DNA of 64,000 bases from an uncultured Nitrososphaerales archaeon (GTDB taxonomy: Archaea; Thermoproteota; Nitrososphaeria; Nitrososphaerales; Gagatemarchaeaceae): NCBI GenBank assembly GCA_963706445.1, contig OY970160.1:768001-832000 (forward strand), read 5' to 3'. How positions within the stretch are numbered: the first letter of the stretch is position 1; each line of letters begins with the position of its first letter. Below, one piece after another: positions 43,049 to 53,283 of the stretch. A program made the translations under genes and the position numbers. The notes below the pieces were generated by a model. That model worked only from the letters and a program-made list of their open reading frames with translations, did no database searches and was not told where the DNA came from.

Positions 43049-45892
43049 ATGCTGACGAGCAGGGGGGCCGTTCTCGTGACCCTGGTCGGAGTACTCTTGG
43101 TGCTGCTCGCTTTCCCGTCCCAACCAGCCCATGCCGCTTCAGCTTTTACAATCAAGGTCAGCGTCGCTGAGCCGGGAGCGCCGTCCTTCACCTACGCAAT
43201 CGCGGGCTGCTCCACCAACCGAACCTCCGGGACGTCGGGGAACACCTACACTGTTTCAATGAGTTCCAATTGCGTTTACACGATCAGCTCCGGGGCTGGC
43301 AACGCTACCCTGCGCGACAGGCTCACTAGCGGGTACGCCACCACGGTCTCTGAGACAAGCTGCACCGGTGCAACTTGTTCGCCCATCATAATAGCGGCGA
43401 ATGTTGAAGAGCTCCTAGGCCTGAGCTCGAACTGCAACGGCCCAGCCGTCTCCCCCGCTTCACCCACCTCGGACTCCTGGTTCAACTACGGCACCGTGCT
43501 GAGCGTCAGCTGCGACGGCGCCTGGGGAAGATCCAATGGGATGGGGGTCAGGGCAACCTCGTGGAACTGGGACGGCGGGGCGGCCAACCTCGTCGCCACC
43601 ACGGGGACCTTCGGGTCTCCCAAGACCATGACCTCCCACCACACCTTCAACGTGAACACCGTGGTCCAATACCAGCTGACCCTGGACCAAGGCGCCACCA
43701 AGGCTCTTGCCTCGGTGACCAGCCCGACAATTACCAGCGACAAGTACTGGTATGACTCTGGTACCCTAGTCACTTACCAGGGTAATGGGGTCTTCGGGAG
43801 GGCCAACGGGTTCGGGAACAGATCGGGGTCTTGGTATCTCGACGCGGGCCAGCCCACCGCTCTCTCCACGGCGACGGCTTTCACTGTCACCGCGACCATG
43901 GCCTCCCCCCACACGATCCACGTTCTGCTCAAGCCGCAGTGGCAAGTGAACCTGGACGCGTCGTCCGCTCCGTTTCTGAAGTCCCTAACAGCCCCCACGG
44001 TCGCCGGCGACAACTATTGGTATGATACCGGGTCGGTCGTGACCCTGGTTCTCGACGGGACCGGGCCAAGGTCCGGCGGTGTGGGCTCAAGGCTGGTGTC
44101 CTACTCCGTGAACGGGGGGCCCAGCGTCGCCGTGAACACCACGGGTACGGTGACGCTGCTGAACGCCGTTTCAATCACAGGGAAAGAACTGGTCACAGGG
44201 ACCTTGGTCACCCAGTACCAATTATCACTTGACGCAGGGGCCGTCTCTTCACTCGCGTCGGTCACCGCTCCCTCGATCCCGGGGGACAACTACTGGTATG
44301 ACTCCGGCACACATGTCACATACGCGGCAAGCGGAGTCTTCAGCCGGGCCAACGGGGCCGGCATGCGGATTTCTTCCTGGTGGCTGGATTCATCGCCACC
44401 GACCACCGTCCTGACAGGGGGGTTCATCACCGCCTCAATATACATGTCCGGGCCGCACTCTATCCACACACTCACCCGTGCGCAATACCAGGTGGCCCTG
44501 GTCGGCAACTACGGCGTCTCGTCCGGCACCAGCGCCACCATAGGCGGGGACAACTATTGGTATGACAGCGGGACCGTGGTCACCATGTCTCTCCAAGGGG
44601 AGTTCGGGAGGGCCGCGGGGACCGGGTGGAGGATGACCTCCTACTCCGTCAACACAGGCCCGCCGATTCCCACGGCCGGTGGCGGAAACTTCACCGTGCT
44701 GAACGCCATGCCCCTGACGTCTCCTCAGACAATTCATGTCCAGGCGGTGAAACAATACCAGGTGAGCTTCGACCAGACCTTGGCGACCTCCCTGAACTAC
44801 ATCACCTCCCCTACGGTCCCGGGCGACAGCTACTGGTACGACTCCGGATCAGCGGTTACGCTCTCGGTACATGGCGTTTGGGGCCGGACCGCCAATCAGG
44901 GCTACAGACTGTCTTCCTATTCGATCGATGGCGCGCCGGCGGTTTCGGTGGGTTCTTCGGGGACCATAGTCATCCTCAACCTCGCCGGGATTACGGGACC
45001 CCAGCTGATCACCTCCTCGGCTGCAACCCAGTACCTTCTGTCGGTGGAAGGGGGTCCGAGGAGCACCTACAGCGTCACTCCTCCCATTGCTGGAGACACG
45101 GGATGGTATGACTCGGGCACCACGCTCTCCGTCTCGACGAACGGGACCTACGACAGCGGCGCAGGTGTCCGACAGAGGATCAGCGGGTGGACCATAGACA
45201 ACGGACCAAGCAACCCGGCGGGCGTCGGCCCCGTCGTGATCACGCCTGCAATCGTCATGGACGCCCCGCACTTGGTTTCATTCCAATCGGTCGTGCAGTA
45301 CCTCGTAACCGTCGTCGTGAAGGACAGCGGAGCCACAAATATTCTGACCCCTGCCAGCCTCACCTTAACTGTCAACGGAGGGGACATGACGACGACCTCA
45401 GGCGCTATTTGGGTGGACGGGGGCTCAAGGGTGGGCGTCATGACGGTCTTCTGGCATCGGCTGGACGTAGCTCCCTCGCAGCCTGCGGAGTACGACATCA
45501 CCTCTCCCTTCACCATCGCGGTTGACGCCCGGGTCTACGATGCGACCATCATGGTCGAAGACACGCTCGGGGTGGCGGTCGGAGGGGCGGACGCCTCCAT
45601 CACGCTGGCGAACGGGACCAACATCCACGCCTCGTCGGCGGGAGATGGTATCATCCTGGTCAAGGAGATCCCCCTCGGGACGTACAGGGCCACGATATCG
45701 TATCTTGGCCTGTCGACGACCCTATCCGGAGACGCGTCGACCGCCGGCTCAGTCGTGGCGCACCTGCCACTGGGCTGGTCCGTGATCCTCTTGTTGGTAG
45801 TAGTCATCGTTCTAGGCGTGGCGGTGTTCCTCTTCGTCCGCAGAAGGGGCCTCCGGCGGCCCCGAGCCGGTGGAAGTTCCTGGGTTCCCTGA
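43049..45892 (+). CDS. Large repeat surface glycoprotein with C-terminal TM anchor
   Basis: Signal peptide, about seven 90-aa repeats marked by QYQ...YWYDSGT, TM plus basic tail. Confidence 0.85.
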   Translation: MLTSRGAVLVTLVGVLLVLLAFPSQPAHAASAFTIKVSVAEPGAPSFTYAIAGCSTNRTSGTSGNTYTVSMSSNCVYTISSGAGNATLRDRLTSGYATTVSETSCTGATCSPIIIAANVEELLGLSSNCNGPAVSPASPTSDSWFNYGTVLSVSCDGAWGRSNGMGVRATSWNWDGGAANLVATTGTFGSPKTMTSHHTFNVNTVVQYQLTLDQGATKALASVTSPTITSDKYWYDSGTLVTYQGNGVFGRANGFGNRSGSWYLDAGQPTALSTATAFTVTATMASPHTIHVLLKPQWQVNLDASSAPFLKSLTAPTVAGDNYWYDTGSVVTLVLDGTGPRSGGVGSRLVSYSVNGGPSVAVNTTGTVTLLNAVSITGKELVTGTLVTQYQLSLDAGAVSSLASVTAPSIPGDNYWYDSGTHVTYAASGVFSRANGAGMRISSWWLDSSPPTTVLTGGFITASIYMSGPHSIHTLTRAQYQVALVGNYGVSSGTSATIGGDNYWYDSGTVVTMSLQGEFGRAAGTGWRMTSYSVNTGPPIPTAGGGNFTVLNAMPLTSPQTIHVQAVKQYQVSFDQTLATSLNYITSPTVPGDSYWYDSGSAVTLSVHGVWGRTANQGYRLSSYSIDGAPAVSVGSSGTIVILNLAGITGPQLITSSAATQYLLSVEGGPRSTYSVTPPIAGDTGWYDSGTTLSVSTNGTYDSGAGVRQRISGWTIDNGPSNPAGVGPVVITPAIVMDAPHLVSFQSVVQYLVTVVVKDSGATNILTPASLTLTVNGGDMTTTSGAIWVDGGSRVGVMTVFWHRLDVAPSQPAEYDITSPFTIAVDARVYDATIMVEDTLGVAVGGADASITLANGTNIHASSAGDGIILVKEIPLGTYRATISYLGLSTTLSGDASTAGSVVAHLPLGWSVILLLVVVIVLGVAVFLFVRRRGLRRPRAGGSSWVP

Positions 45893-45974
45893 ATTCGGCC
45901 TTGGCCTTGAAATCACAATTGACTCATTGGTCGTCTTTGGCCTATTCATTTCTAAGATTTCGTAGCGTCAAGGT

Positions 45975-46184
45975 ATGAGACGAACAACCAAAGTGGCGGT
46001 CGTCGCCGGAGTAGCCGTTGTCGTTGTGCTTTCCTTCTTTCTCGCGCCTGTGTCCTACTGGTTCACACTCCACGGTGGTCCCGCACCGTTCGTGAGTGCT
46101 GTGCCTGTTTATCGTTCCCCCGGATGCGCGACATTAGGCGTGGGGGACGTTTTTTCGCCTCAGTGGTTCGGATTCAGCCTTTGA
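45975..46184 (+). CDS. Small membrane-anchored protein
   Basis: MRR + TM + FFLAPV...YRS.GC..LGVG; possibly shortened by an early TGA. Confidence 0.5.
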   Translation: MRRTTKVAVVAGVAVVVVLSFFLAPVSYWFTLHGGPAPFVSAVPVYRSPGCATLGVGDVFSPQWFGFSL

Positions 46185-46975
46185 TGTACGATTCCTGTTC
46201 CACTGCCTCGCTCCGTGCCAGCTTGACCCCAATCATGCACGAGTCCTCGCGCTAGCCCCTATCGTCTGTTTCTGCTCATGAACCCGAGCTTCTTCTTTGG
46301 TCCCTTGTAGTTCTCGTTCCGAGGGCAGTACGGCCCGCACTTCTCGCTGAACGGGTGATTGTGCCCTTTCTTCTCTTTTCTCTCCTCTTTCTCTTCGAGT
46401 CTCTTGCGGTAGGCAGCCATTTCCCGGGCACTGAGCGAATCCGACTGCTTCTAATAAGCTCTGCCAACAATTCCCCAACAAGGGCCATTCGATGGTTCCG
46501 TCATTGGCCTTCGCCATGAGGGCGGGTCTGATGATTCAACGAACGGAACGACATCTACCCTGAATCCATGTTGCGACTAGGCAAACGGTATCACCTGGTT
46601 CGCCGCGGTGCGTCTCCTGATGCGAGATCTTCCCCCCGGGCTTGGCAGGAAGGCCGACCAGGTTCTGGTCAGCTTCGGAGGTCTAAAGGGGATGGCTGAG
46701 CAGCCGCTCTGGCTCATGACCATCGTCTTGAAGACATTCTTTGCGGAAGACGAAGCCAAGTCTCTGCTTGACTATCTTCGAAGTGGGAGGTCAGCAGTTG
46801 AATATACCTAGTTCCGCCGACTCGTGATGCGGGCCTATTTTGAGTCGCCCGTCGAACGTCCCTGACGATGCTTGACAAAGGACTTCCGCCAGCGACTTGG
46901 GTGCCGATGTTGGGGTAAGCTTTAACTCAACAGCCGAGATCATGGCAGCGCAGCAACAGAGGTTGCGAGACATTT

Positions 46976-49306
46976 GTGACCTCAGCCAAGATGAGGCCGA
47001 AACATAGGAAAGGGTTCTTGGCTCTTCTCCTTCTGATGCCGACTGTCGGGATTTTTCTTTCAAGCCCCTCCCTTCCCCTTGCCTCTAGTGTCGTTTCTTC
47101 CTGCCCCAGTTCCCCGCTCAACCTCAGCCCAGGCGAGACGAATGCCACACTGCCCGGCGAGGGGAGCGACCCCGTGACATCCGGCAACCACGTCTACGTT
47201 GCATGGTCGTCGGCCTCGGGGGGGAACTCCGAGGTCCTGTTTTCGGCGAGCCACGACGAGGGCGAATCCTTCGGCCCACCTTTGCTCCTCAGCAACAATT
47301 CGAGGGCCTCCGGGCCGCGGCTCGCGACCATCGGCGAGAGTGTGTATGCGACCTGGGTTGATACTTCCGTTTCGAACGGGGTCGTGCTTTTCAGAGCATC
47401 CCATGACAACGGCAGTACGTTTGGCCCGGCGATCGACCTGAGTGGAGGATACACAGCCTCTCACGGGCCTCAGATCAGCGAGTCTGGAAACAGCGTATTC
47501 GTCGCGTGGGTCGCCTCGGCGGCGGGAGTCAACACTCAGATAATTCTCCGGGCCAGCCAGGATGGCGGGAGCACCTTCGGGCCCGCCATCAACCTGAGCA
47601 ACGACAACGGCCCAACCCAGGAGGTGGCAATCGCGTCCTCTCTGAGCAACGTCTACGTTACCTGGGAGGACCAGTCGACTGGCCTAGGACAGATTGGCTA
47701 CGACGTCAGCCATGACGCAGGAGTCACTTTCCTGAAAAACGCCCTGGACATTTCGAACGTCCCCTCTCCCCAGCACGCCCGAGAACCACTCTTCGCGGTC
47801 TCCGGGAGCCGACTGTACGTAGTCTGGCGGACGGACAACGACCTCTCCCCCGACAACAGCGACATCTTCCTGCTTGTGAGCATGGACAACAGGACGACAT
47901 TCACCTCCGGCCCTGAGAACCTCAGCAACAATCCTGGGATCTCGCGCATGGACAGCGTCACGGCCTCGCAATCGAGCCTGTATCTGATCTGGCGGGACAA
48001 CCAGAACGGTACCTACGACATATACTACGTGGCAAGCCACGACAACGGCACGACGTTCAGCCATGTCGTCAACCTCGGCGGGGGCACCGGCCTGACGGTG
48101 GTGAACCAGGTCCTGCCCTACGACGACCACCCTAGGCTGGACTCGAACGGAAGCAGCGTGTACGCTACCTGGGATGCGGACATCTCAAACAACTACGAGG
48201 TGTTCTTCCGGGCGAGCCATGACAATGGGACCACCTTCGGACCAGTCCTCGACCTGAGCAACGACCCTGGGAAGTCGGCAAGCCCCGAGGTCGCCGCAGG
48301 CTCCAATTACACCGCTGTCATGTGGGTAAGCGGGACCGGGCAGGCGCTTAGCCCGAACGTCTATGTCGACTCTTGCCCCTCAATGGAACTGCCGTCCGGC
48401 TCCACCCTCACGTCAGTTGGATGCCCGGCGACAGTAGCCGTGAACACGGTGGCCACATGTTCGGCCGCGGTATTCGGTGACAACGGCACAGTCCCCACGG
48501 GCACCATCACCTTCTCTGACAGTGGCTCGGCCGCCTTCAACCCGGGAACCTGTTCGCTCTCATCGGGGACCTGCAAGGTGACCTACACGGCCAATCCCGG
48601 AAGCGAGGGTCTACACACGATTACTGCTTCCTACGGGGGTGACAGCCTCGACTTGGCGAGTCAAGGTTCCTATAAGGTCACTGTAACTCAACGCCCATCT
48701 ACGACCACCGTGAGCTGTTCACCCGGCACCGACCCTGTCAACGCACCCGTTACCTGCACTGCAAAGGCGACCGATTCCGGCACCGGGACGCCGATAACCC
48801 CAACCGGGACCTTCAGCTTCTCTTCTAGCTCTTCGGGCACCTTCGCCAAGAGCAGCTGCGCGCTCGCATCGGGCTCATGTTCCGTAACGTACACGCCAAA
48901 CCCCGGTTCCGAGGGAAAACAAACCATCACTGCCAACTACGGAGGAGACTCGAATCACCAAGGCAGCGCCGCGAGCTCCGCCCTCACGGCCACCAAGAGG
49001 ACCGTGATAGCCGTCCTGTCATGCCCAAGTCCTTACAAACTGCGCTCTCCCATCACATGCACTATGACCCTGACCGACACCAGTCCGGGCACGCCCCTGA
49101 CCCCTTCCGGGGCTGTGACGTTCACAAGTGTGGGCTCAGGCAGGTTCTCCTCTTCGACATGCATTCTCTCAGGGGCTGGGAAGACTGCCAGCTGTTCCAC
49201 CCAGTATACCCCAAGCTCGACAGGCAACCACACTGTCACAGGCACATTCCTGGGCACCGTCAATCAAGGCAGTGCAGCGAAGTCCACCAAGTTCAAAGTG
49301 GCCTAG
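46976..49306 (+). CDS. Secreted BNR/Asp-box (sialidase-like) propeller + Ig-like domains
   Basis: Seven SxDxGxTF(G) Asp-boxes, then three TPTGT.TF...C.VTYT...ITA.Y.GD Ig-like repeats. Confidence 0.85.
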   Translation: MTSAKMRPKHRKGFLALLLLMPTVGIFLSSPSLPLASSVVSSCPSSPLNLSPGETNATLPGEGSDPVTSGNHVYVAWSSASGGNSEVLFSASHDEGESFGPPLLLSNNSRASGPRLATIGESVYATWVDTSVSNGVVLFRASHDNGSTFGPAIDLSGGYTASHGPQISESGNSVFVAWVASAAGVNTQIILRASQDGGSTFGPAINLSNDNGPTQEVAIASSLSNVYVTWEDQSTGLGQIGYDVSHDAGVTFLKNALDISNVPSPQHAREPLFAVSGSRLYVVWRTDNDLSPDNSDIFLLVSMDNRTTFTSGPENLSNNPGISRMDSVTASQSSLYLIWRDNQNGTYDIYYVASHDNGTTFSHVVNLGGGTGLTVVNQVLPYDDHPRLDSNGSSVYATWDADISNNYEVFFRASHDNGTTFGPVLDLSNDPGKSASPEVAAGSNYTAVMWVSGTGQALSPNVYVDSCPSMELPSGSTLTSVGCPATVAVNTVATCSAAVFGDNGTVPTGTITFSDSGSAAFNPGTCSLSSGTCKVTYTANPGSEGLHTITASYGGDSLDLASQGSYKVTVTQRPSTTTVSCSPGTDPVNAPVTCTAKATDSGTGTPITPTGTFSFSSSSSGTFAKSSCALASGSCSVTYTPNPGSEGKQTITANYGGDSNHQGSAASSALTATKRTVIAVLSCPSPYKLRSPITCTMTLTDTSPGTPLTPSGAVTFTSVGSGRFSSSTCILSGAGKTASCSTQYTPSSTGNHTVTGTFLGTVNQGSAAKSTKFKVA

Positions 49307-49782
49307 CCCAGGAAAGGATGGGCAAACCGAAGATCTCCCAGGCAACATCAAACTGCAGGAGCCCATGCTGCCGCCTGTGATGTGCCCACCCTTCGCGTTC
49401 AAGCGAAATGTCACTGAATTACGCTGAATCGTGGTTAGTATGAATCTGAAATCCACAATTGCTTAATCGCCGGCGCTTTCTATATCACGGGAGAAGGATG
49501 AGCAGCGGAGAGAACGAGTTCAGAAGGATTCTGGGTCTGGTTGGTGCAAGACTGGTCCATATCCTAGACTACAGCCTGGACGTCACGGCGCTCATACCCA
49601 TATCCGATTTTAACAACAAGGCCACAAAGTAGCCTACGGCGATCCGACCCGCAGGTCAGGCCTTGGTGACAGAGACTACCTAGCTAGACAGCACTCACAA
49701 GCTGGACTTTGGCATTCGAACAATCAGATCTTAGAGTGTTCAGAAGTCTTAAATTGGGTTGCCACGCGAAAGGGCCTAGAAC

Positions 49783-51066
49783 GTGTCGGCTCCGTATCAC
49801 AAGTCTAACCGAAAGTCATCTGCGGTGATTCTTCTGGTCCTCTTGTTCCTTGTTTCTGCCTTTGTCGTTCCATTCGCCAGGGCCCAAACAGGCGTCGCCA
49901 CAATAACGGTAGCTGGAACACCCCAGACCCTTGCCTACGACCCTGGAAAGGGTGAGGTGTTCGTTGTAGATTCGGGCCCCAGGGGCTCGGTGCTATCCGA
50001 CACCACCAACGCGGTCGTCGCGAACCTTACCCTGCCCGCCGGAAGCGGCGTTCTAGGAGCAGCTTACGATCAAGGAAAGGGCGAGGTCTTCGTTGCCGAT
50101 AGCGGCAACGCCGAAGTCTCAGTGATATCAGACTCCACCAACAAGGTTGTCGCCAATGTGGGGGTTGGAGGTACTCCCGACGGGGTGGCATACGACTATG
50201 CGAAGGGCGAGGTGTTCGTGGCAAACGGCCTCGATGACACGCTGTCCGTAATCTCCGACAGTAACAATACGGTCGTTGCGACGATAACCCTTCCCAGCGG
50301 AAGCTCCCCCGAGGGCCTGGCATACGACCCCGCCAAGGGTGAGGTGTTCGTGGCAGACAATGGCGGTGACAACGTCTCTGTGGTGTCCGACTCCACCAAC
50401 CAGGTCGTCGCAAACGTCGCCACCTATTACTCCCCCACGAGCGTGGTCTACGACCCCGCTAAGGGCGAAATGTTCGTGAACAGTTTTGGCGATGGATTCG
50501 CCGTGATATCCGATTCGAACAACGCGGTCGTCGCCTATGTGCCCTTGCCCGAAGGAGGCAGCGTAGGAGCCGTTGCCTACGACCCTGCCCAAGGCTACGT
50601 AATCGCAGGAAGCTATATGTCAAACACGATCTCGGCGGTATCCGACAGCACTAACAAAATCGTCGCAAACGTTACGGTAGGGAACGCACCCTACGATGTA
50701 GTCTACGACACTGCGAAGGGCGAGGTGTTCGTGGCCAACAGCGGGGATTCATCAATATCCGTGGTCCCTGATGCGGCTCTGTCGTCGACTACTACGACTA
50801 CCTCGGTCACGTCCACTACGTCAAGCTCCACGTCGGCTGCCACGACAGGTTCGACTTCAATCTCTACTTCTAGCGGCGTCACAACGACAGGCTCTGCGAC
50901 GGCGCAGACCTCCGCGACAAGCTCGACAAGTGCGGCAGTGCCAGAGTTTCCATTCCAGTTCCTTGCGGCTGCATTCTTCATTGTTCTCCTGGCAGGATCT
51001 TATCTTCTGGTTCGACGTCGCGCATCATTTGGCGTTCCTAATGCGGATCGGGGCACTTCGAGTTAG
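49783..51066 (+). CDS. YncE beta-propeller with S/T linker and PEF/PEFG-CTERM-like sorting signal
   Basis: AYDPAKGEVFVA...VSVISD.TN.VVA repeats; VPEFP + TM + RRR. Confidence 0.88.
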   Translation: MSAPYHKSNRKSSAVILLVLLFLVSAFVVPFARAQTGVATITVAGTPQTLAYDPGKGEVFVVDSGPRGSVLSDTTNAVVANLTLPAGSGVLGAAYDQGKGEVFVADSGNAEVSVISDSTNKVVANVGVGGTPDGVAYDYAKGEVFVANGLDDTLSVISDSNNTVVATITLPSGSSPEGLAYDPAKGEVFVADNGGDNVSVVSDSTNQVVANVATYYSPTSVVYDPAKGEMFVNSFGDGFAVISDSNNAVVAYVPLPEGGSVGAVAYDPAQGYVIAGSYMSNTISAVSDSTNKIVANVTVGNAPYDVVYDTAKGEVFVANSGDSSISVVPDAALSSTTTTTSVTSTTSSSTSAATTGSTSISTSSGVTTTGSATAQTSATSSTSAAVPEFPFQFLAAAFFIVLLAGSYLLVRRRASFGVPNADRGTSS

Positions 51067-51255
51067 ATAGCGGCTAGTCAAGCCACATCAGCAGGCCTAC
51101 CGAGTTTCATCATGTGAAACGAAGGGGGCACACAATCTGTTCTTGAATGGGATGGGACGGTATATCTGGGACCTTGGCAATCAGCCACTGAGCACGTCCA
51201 AAACCACCAACGGCTAGGTCAAGCTGCCTTCGAAAATCCTTATTGGCACTGCGCC

Positions 51256-51456
51256 TTGTCTGACGTTCTGCAATTGAAGCGGTCGACGTCATTCCAAGTT
51301 CTGATTGTTTGTGCGGTTGCGTTGTCCGTTGCTTTCTCCTTGACTTTTTACGAACCTGCCGCTCTTTTCTTTGCTGGTGCCGTCGCTTTTCTCGCGGTTA
51401 TCTGGTGGTACGTCGCTCATCCGAACTCAAAGCTTAACGAGCAAGTGAGTTACTGA
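51256..51456 (+). CDS. Small two-TM protein
   Basis: Two hydrophobic helices. Confidence 0.5.
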   Translation: MSDVLQLKRSTSFQVLIVCAVALSVAFSLTFYEPAALFFAGAVAFLAVIWWYVAHPNSKLNEQVSY

Positions 51457-51587
51457 GTCCGATCCTATTTCTGGCTCGGCATACAAAGCATGTCGCGCAA
51501 CAAGGCGCAGCAAACACACAGCTCCAGTCACAGAACCGCTTTCAATGGCAGGAAGGCTTAAGATAAAGGCCCTAAAAGATTGGGTCG

Positions 51588-51785
51588 ATGAGCAACACGG
51601 CGGAGCAGCTGGGTCACCTCAAGAATCACGTGAAGTACCCCGCCAGCAGGACTCAGGTCCTCAGTGCGTGCAGCGAGATGTCGGACTGGGCCCCGGAAGA
51701 CAAGGAATGGGTCACGAAAGCACTGCCTGAAGGGACCTACGCAGCGCCTGAAGAAGTTATCTCGGCCCTTCTTCGGACCGTCTAG
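51588..51785 (+). CDS. Small helical protein (DUF2795-like)
   Basis: HLK..VKYPA....+...C...LPEGTY..PEEV..AL. Confidence 0.6.
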   Translation: MSNTAEQLGHLKNHVKYPASRTQVLSACSEMSDWAPEDKEWVTKALPEGTYAAPEEVISALLRTV

Positions 51786-51800
51786 AGCTCGTGCCATATC

Positions 51801-51819
51801 GGCCTCGGGCTCTTTTTTC
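51801..51819 (+). terminator. Probable terminator (short GC element + T-tract)
   Basis: GGCCTCGGGCTCTTTTTTC right after 51785. Confidence 0.4.
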
Positions 51820-51961
51820 TGGTTTAATGACGCGTCATAAGTTTTCAAGAGGTTCGGATCCGGGCGAGCCCACCCTTGCTTTGGTCGAAACGTGTCATTG
51901 TCCTTGAGACCAGTGGCGGCGAGCAAAAGGTATTTCAGAGGAACGTGAGGGGAAAACCTCA

Positions 51962-52336
51962 ATGTCGGAAGAGAAGGAGCAGAGGAAGCCCTTCACGTAC
52001 AACTTCCGGGCACCTGCGAAGAGGGAGGACGAGCTGGGTGGGCCGAGGGGAGGATATGACACCCTCGTATCCATCGAACAGAGCCTACTACTGATGACTG
52101 AGGGGTGCGATATCGTCCCTCGTTCAGAGGGTTACTTCTGCCAGAGGCATCAGAGGAAAGTTACTGGAAGAAGTGAAAGGTGTGATTTCCTCGCAGATCG
52201 ATTCAACCGGGCCAAGGGGGGAACCGAATCGAAGGCCCAACTTCAGGATTACATCAACGACATCCTTGGGATCAAGGACCCGAAGAGCGTCAAACGACTC
52301 ATGGGCCAGCCCCTGGAGCGCTTCGGCTCTGAGTAG
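51962..52336 (+). CDS. Hypothetical protein with C..C.H..C cluster
   Basis: Coding-like composition; GC...FCQRH...RC. Confidence 0.6.
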   Translation: MSEEKEQRKPFTYNFRAPAKREDELGGPRGGYDTLVSIEQSLLLMTEGCDIVPRSEGYFCQRHQRKVTGRSERCDFLADRFNRAKGGTESKAQLQDYINDILGIKDPKSVKRLMGQPLERFGSE

Positions 52337-52454
52337 ACCTTCCGCACCCAAGTGGGCGTGTGCACTCCCTGACCACATCTCTCGTGAACGCGGTGTAGAT
52401 GTACCAGTCAAGCTAGATGGCTGATGGAGCTCGTATTGATGGATTCGGTCTAGT

Positions 52455-52985
52455 CTAGTTCGTCGGTTGAAGTGTTCTGTCGCGCGCAACGCTCCTTGGG
52501 AATTTCGTCTTCCTGAGATAAAGCAGCAGCGAGTGGTAATCCCGCTTGGTCCTCTTGGTTATCATCGATACCGAGAGTTCCGCAGCAAGGGGATCGAGGT
52601 CCTTGAGGACCGAGTCCCGCATTGTCGCCATATCTCTGTCTATCACCCTCATCGAAAACTGGTTGGCCCCCAGAGTCTCGGACGCTTCGACTATCCTGGG
52701 GTCCGTGCGAATCAGTTCGTCCAGCTTCGTGGCGTTGTTGCCCCTGGTGGTGGTCCACCCGACGAGGGCCTGAGCTTGCAGGCCGAGCTTTGACCAATCG
52801 ATCTCAACCGCTTGTCTGAGTACGCCGGAACTTTTCAGGGCCCTGAATCGTTTAGCCACGGTCCTCTGGTCTACGTTAAGCAGCTGAGCCGCCCGCTTGA
52901 AGTTGATCTCTGGTTCTTGAACCGCCACCTCGAGGAGCTTCAGGTCCAGTTCGTCCGGTTCGAATGCAGTTTCAGACCTTGCCAA
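52455..52985 (-). CDS. Lrp/AsnC-family regulator
   Basis: DELDLKLL...AAQLLNVDQRTVAKRFRALKSSGVL...IDWSKLG; start estimated at TTG 52985. Confidence 0.82.
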   Translation of the reverse strand: MARSETAFEPDELDLKLLEVAVQEPEINFKRAAQLLNVDQRTVAKRFRALKSSGVLRQAVEIDWSKLGLQAQALVGWTTTRGNNATKLDELIRTDPRIVEASETLGANQFSMRVIDRDMATMRDSVLKDLDPLAAELSVSMITKRTKRDYHSLLLYLRKTKFPRSVARDRTLQPTN

Positions 52986-53283
52986 GGCATTCGACAGCTT
53001 GAAAGTGCGAGTCTTAAGTTGTTTGATGACATGATTCCACGCCGTGGAAAGGCCTTTGTGAAGATCTTCGAAGCAATACGAAGCAGTCAACAGCTGAGCT
53101 ACAATGTAATCTACCCGTCTTCGGCCGAAATCCTTCTGAGCGGGGCCGCATGGGCGAATGCCCCAAGTACAGAACGAACTGCTATCCAATGTGAGCGCAC
53201 TTCGGTCTGCAAACTGAGAAACGTCAAACGGGCTGTCTCTTGCGAAATTAACCAATTCCCCTCTTAGTCTAGACTAAACTACG

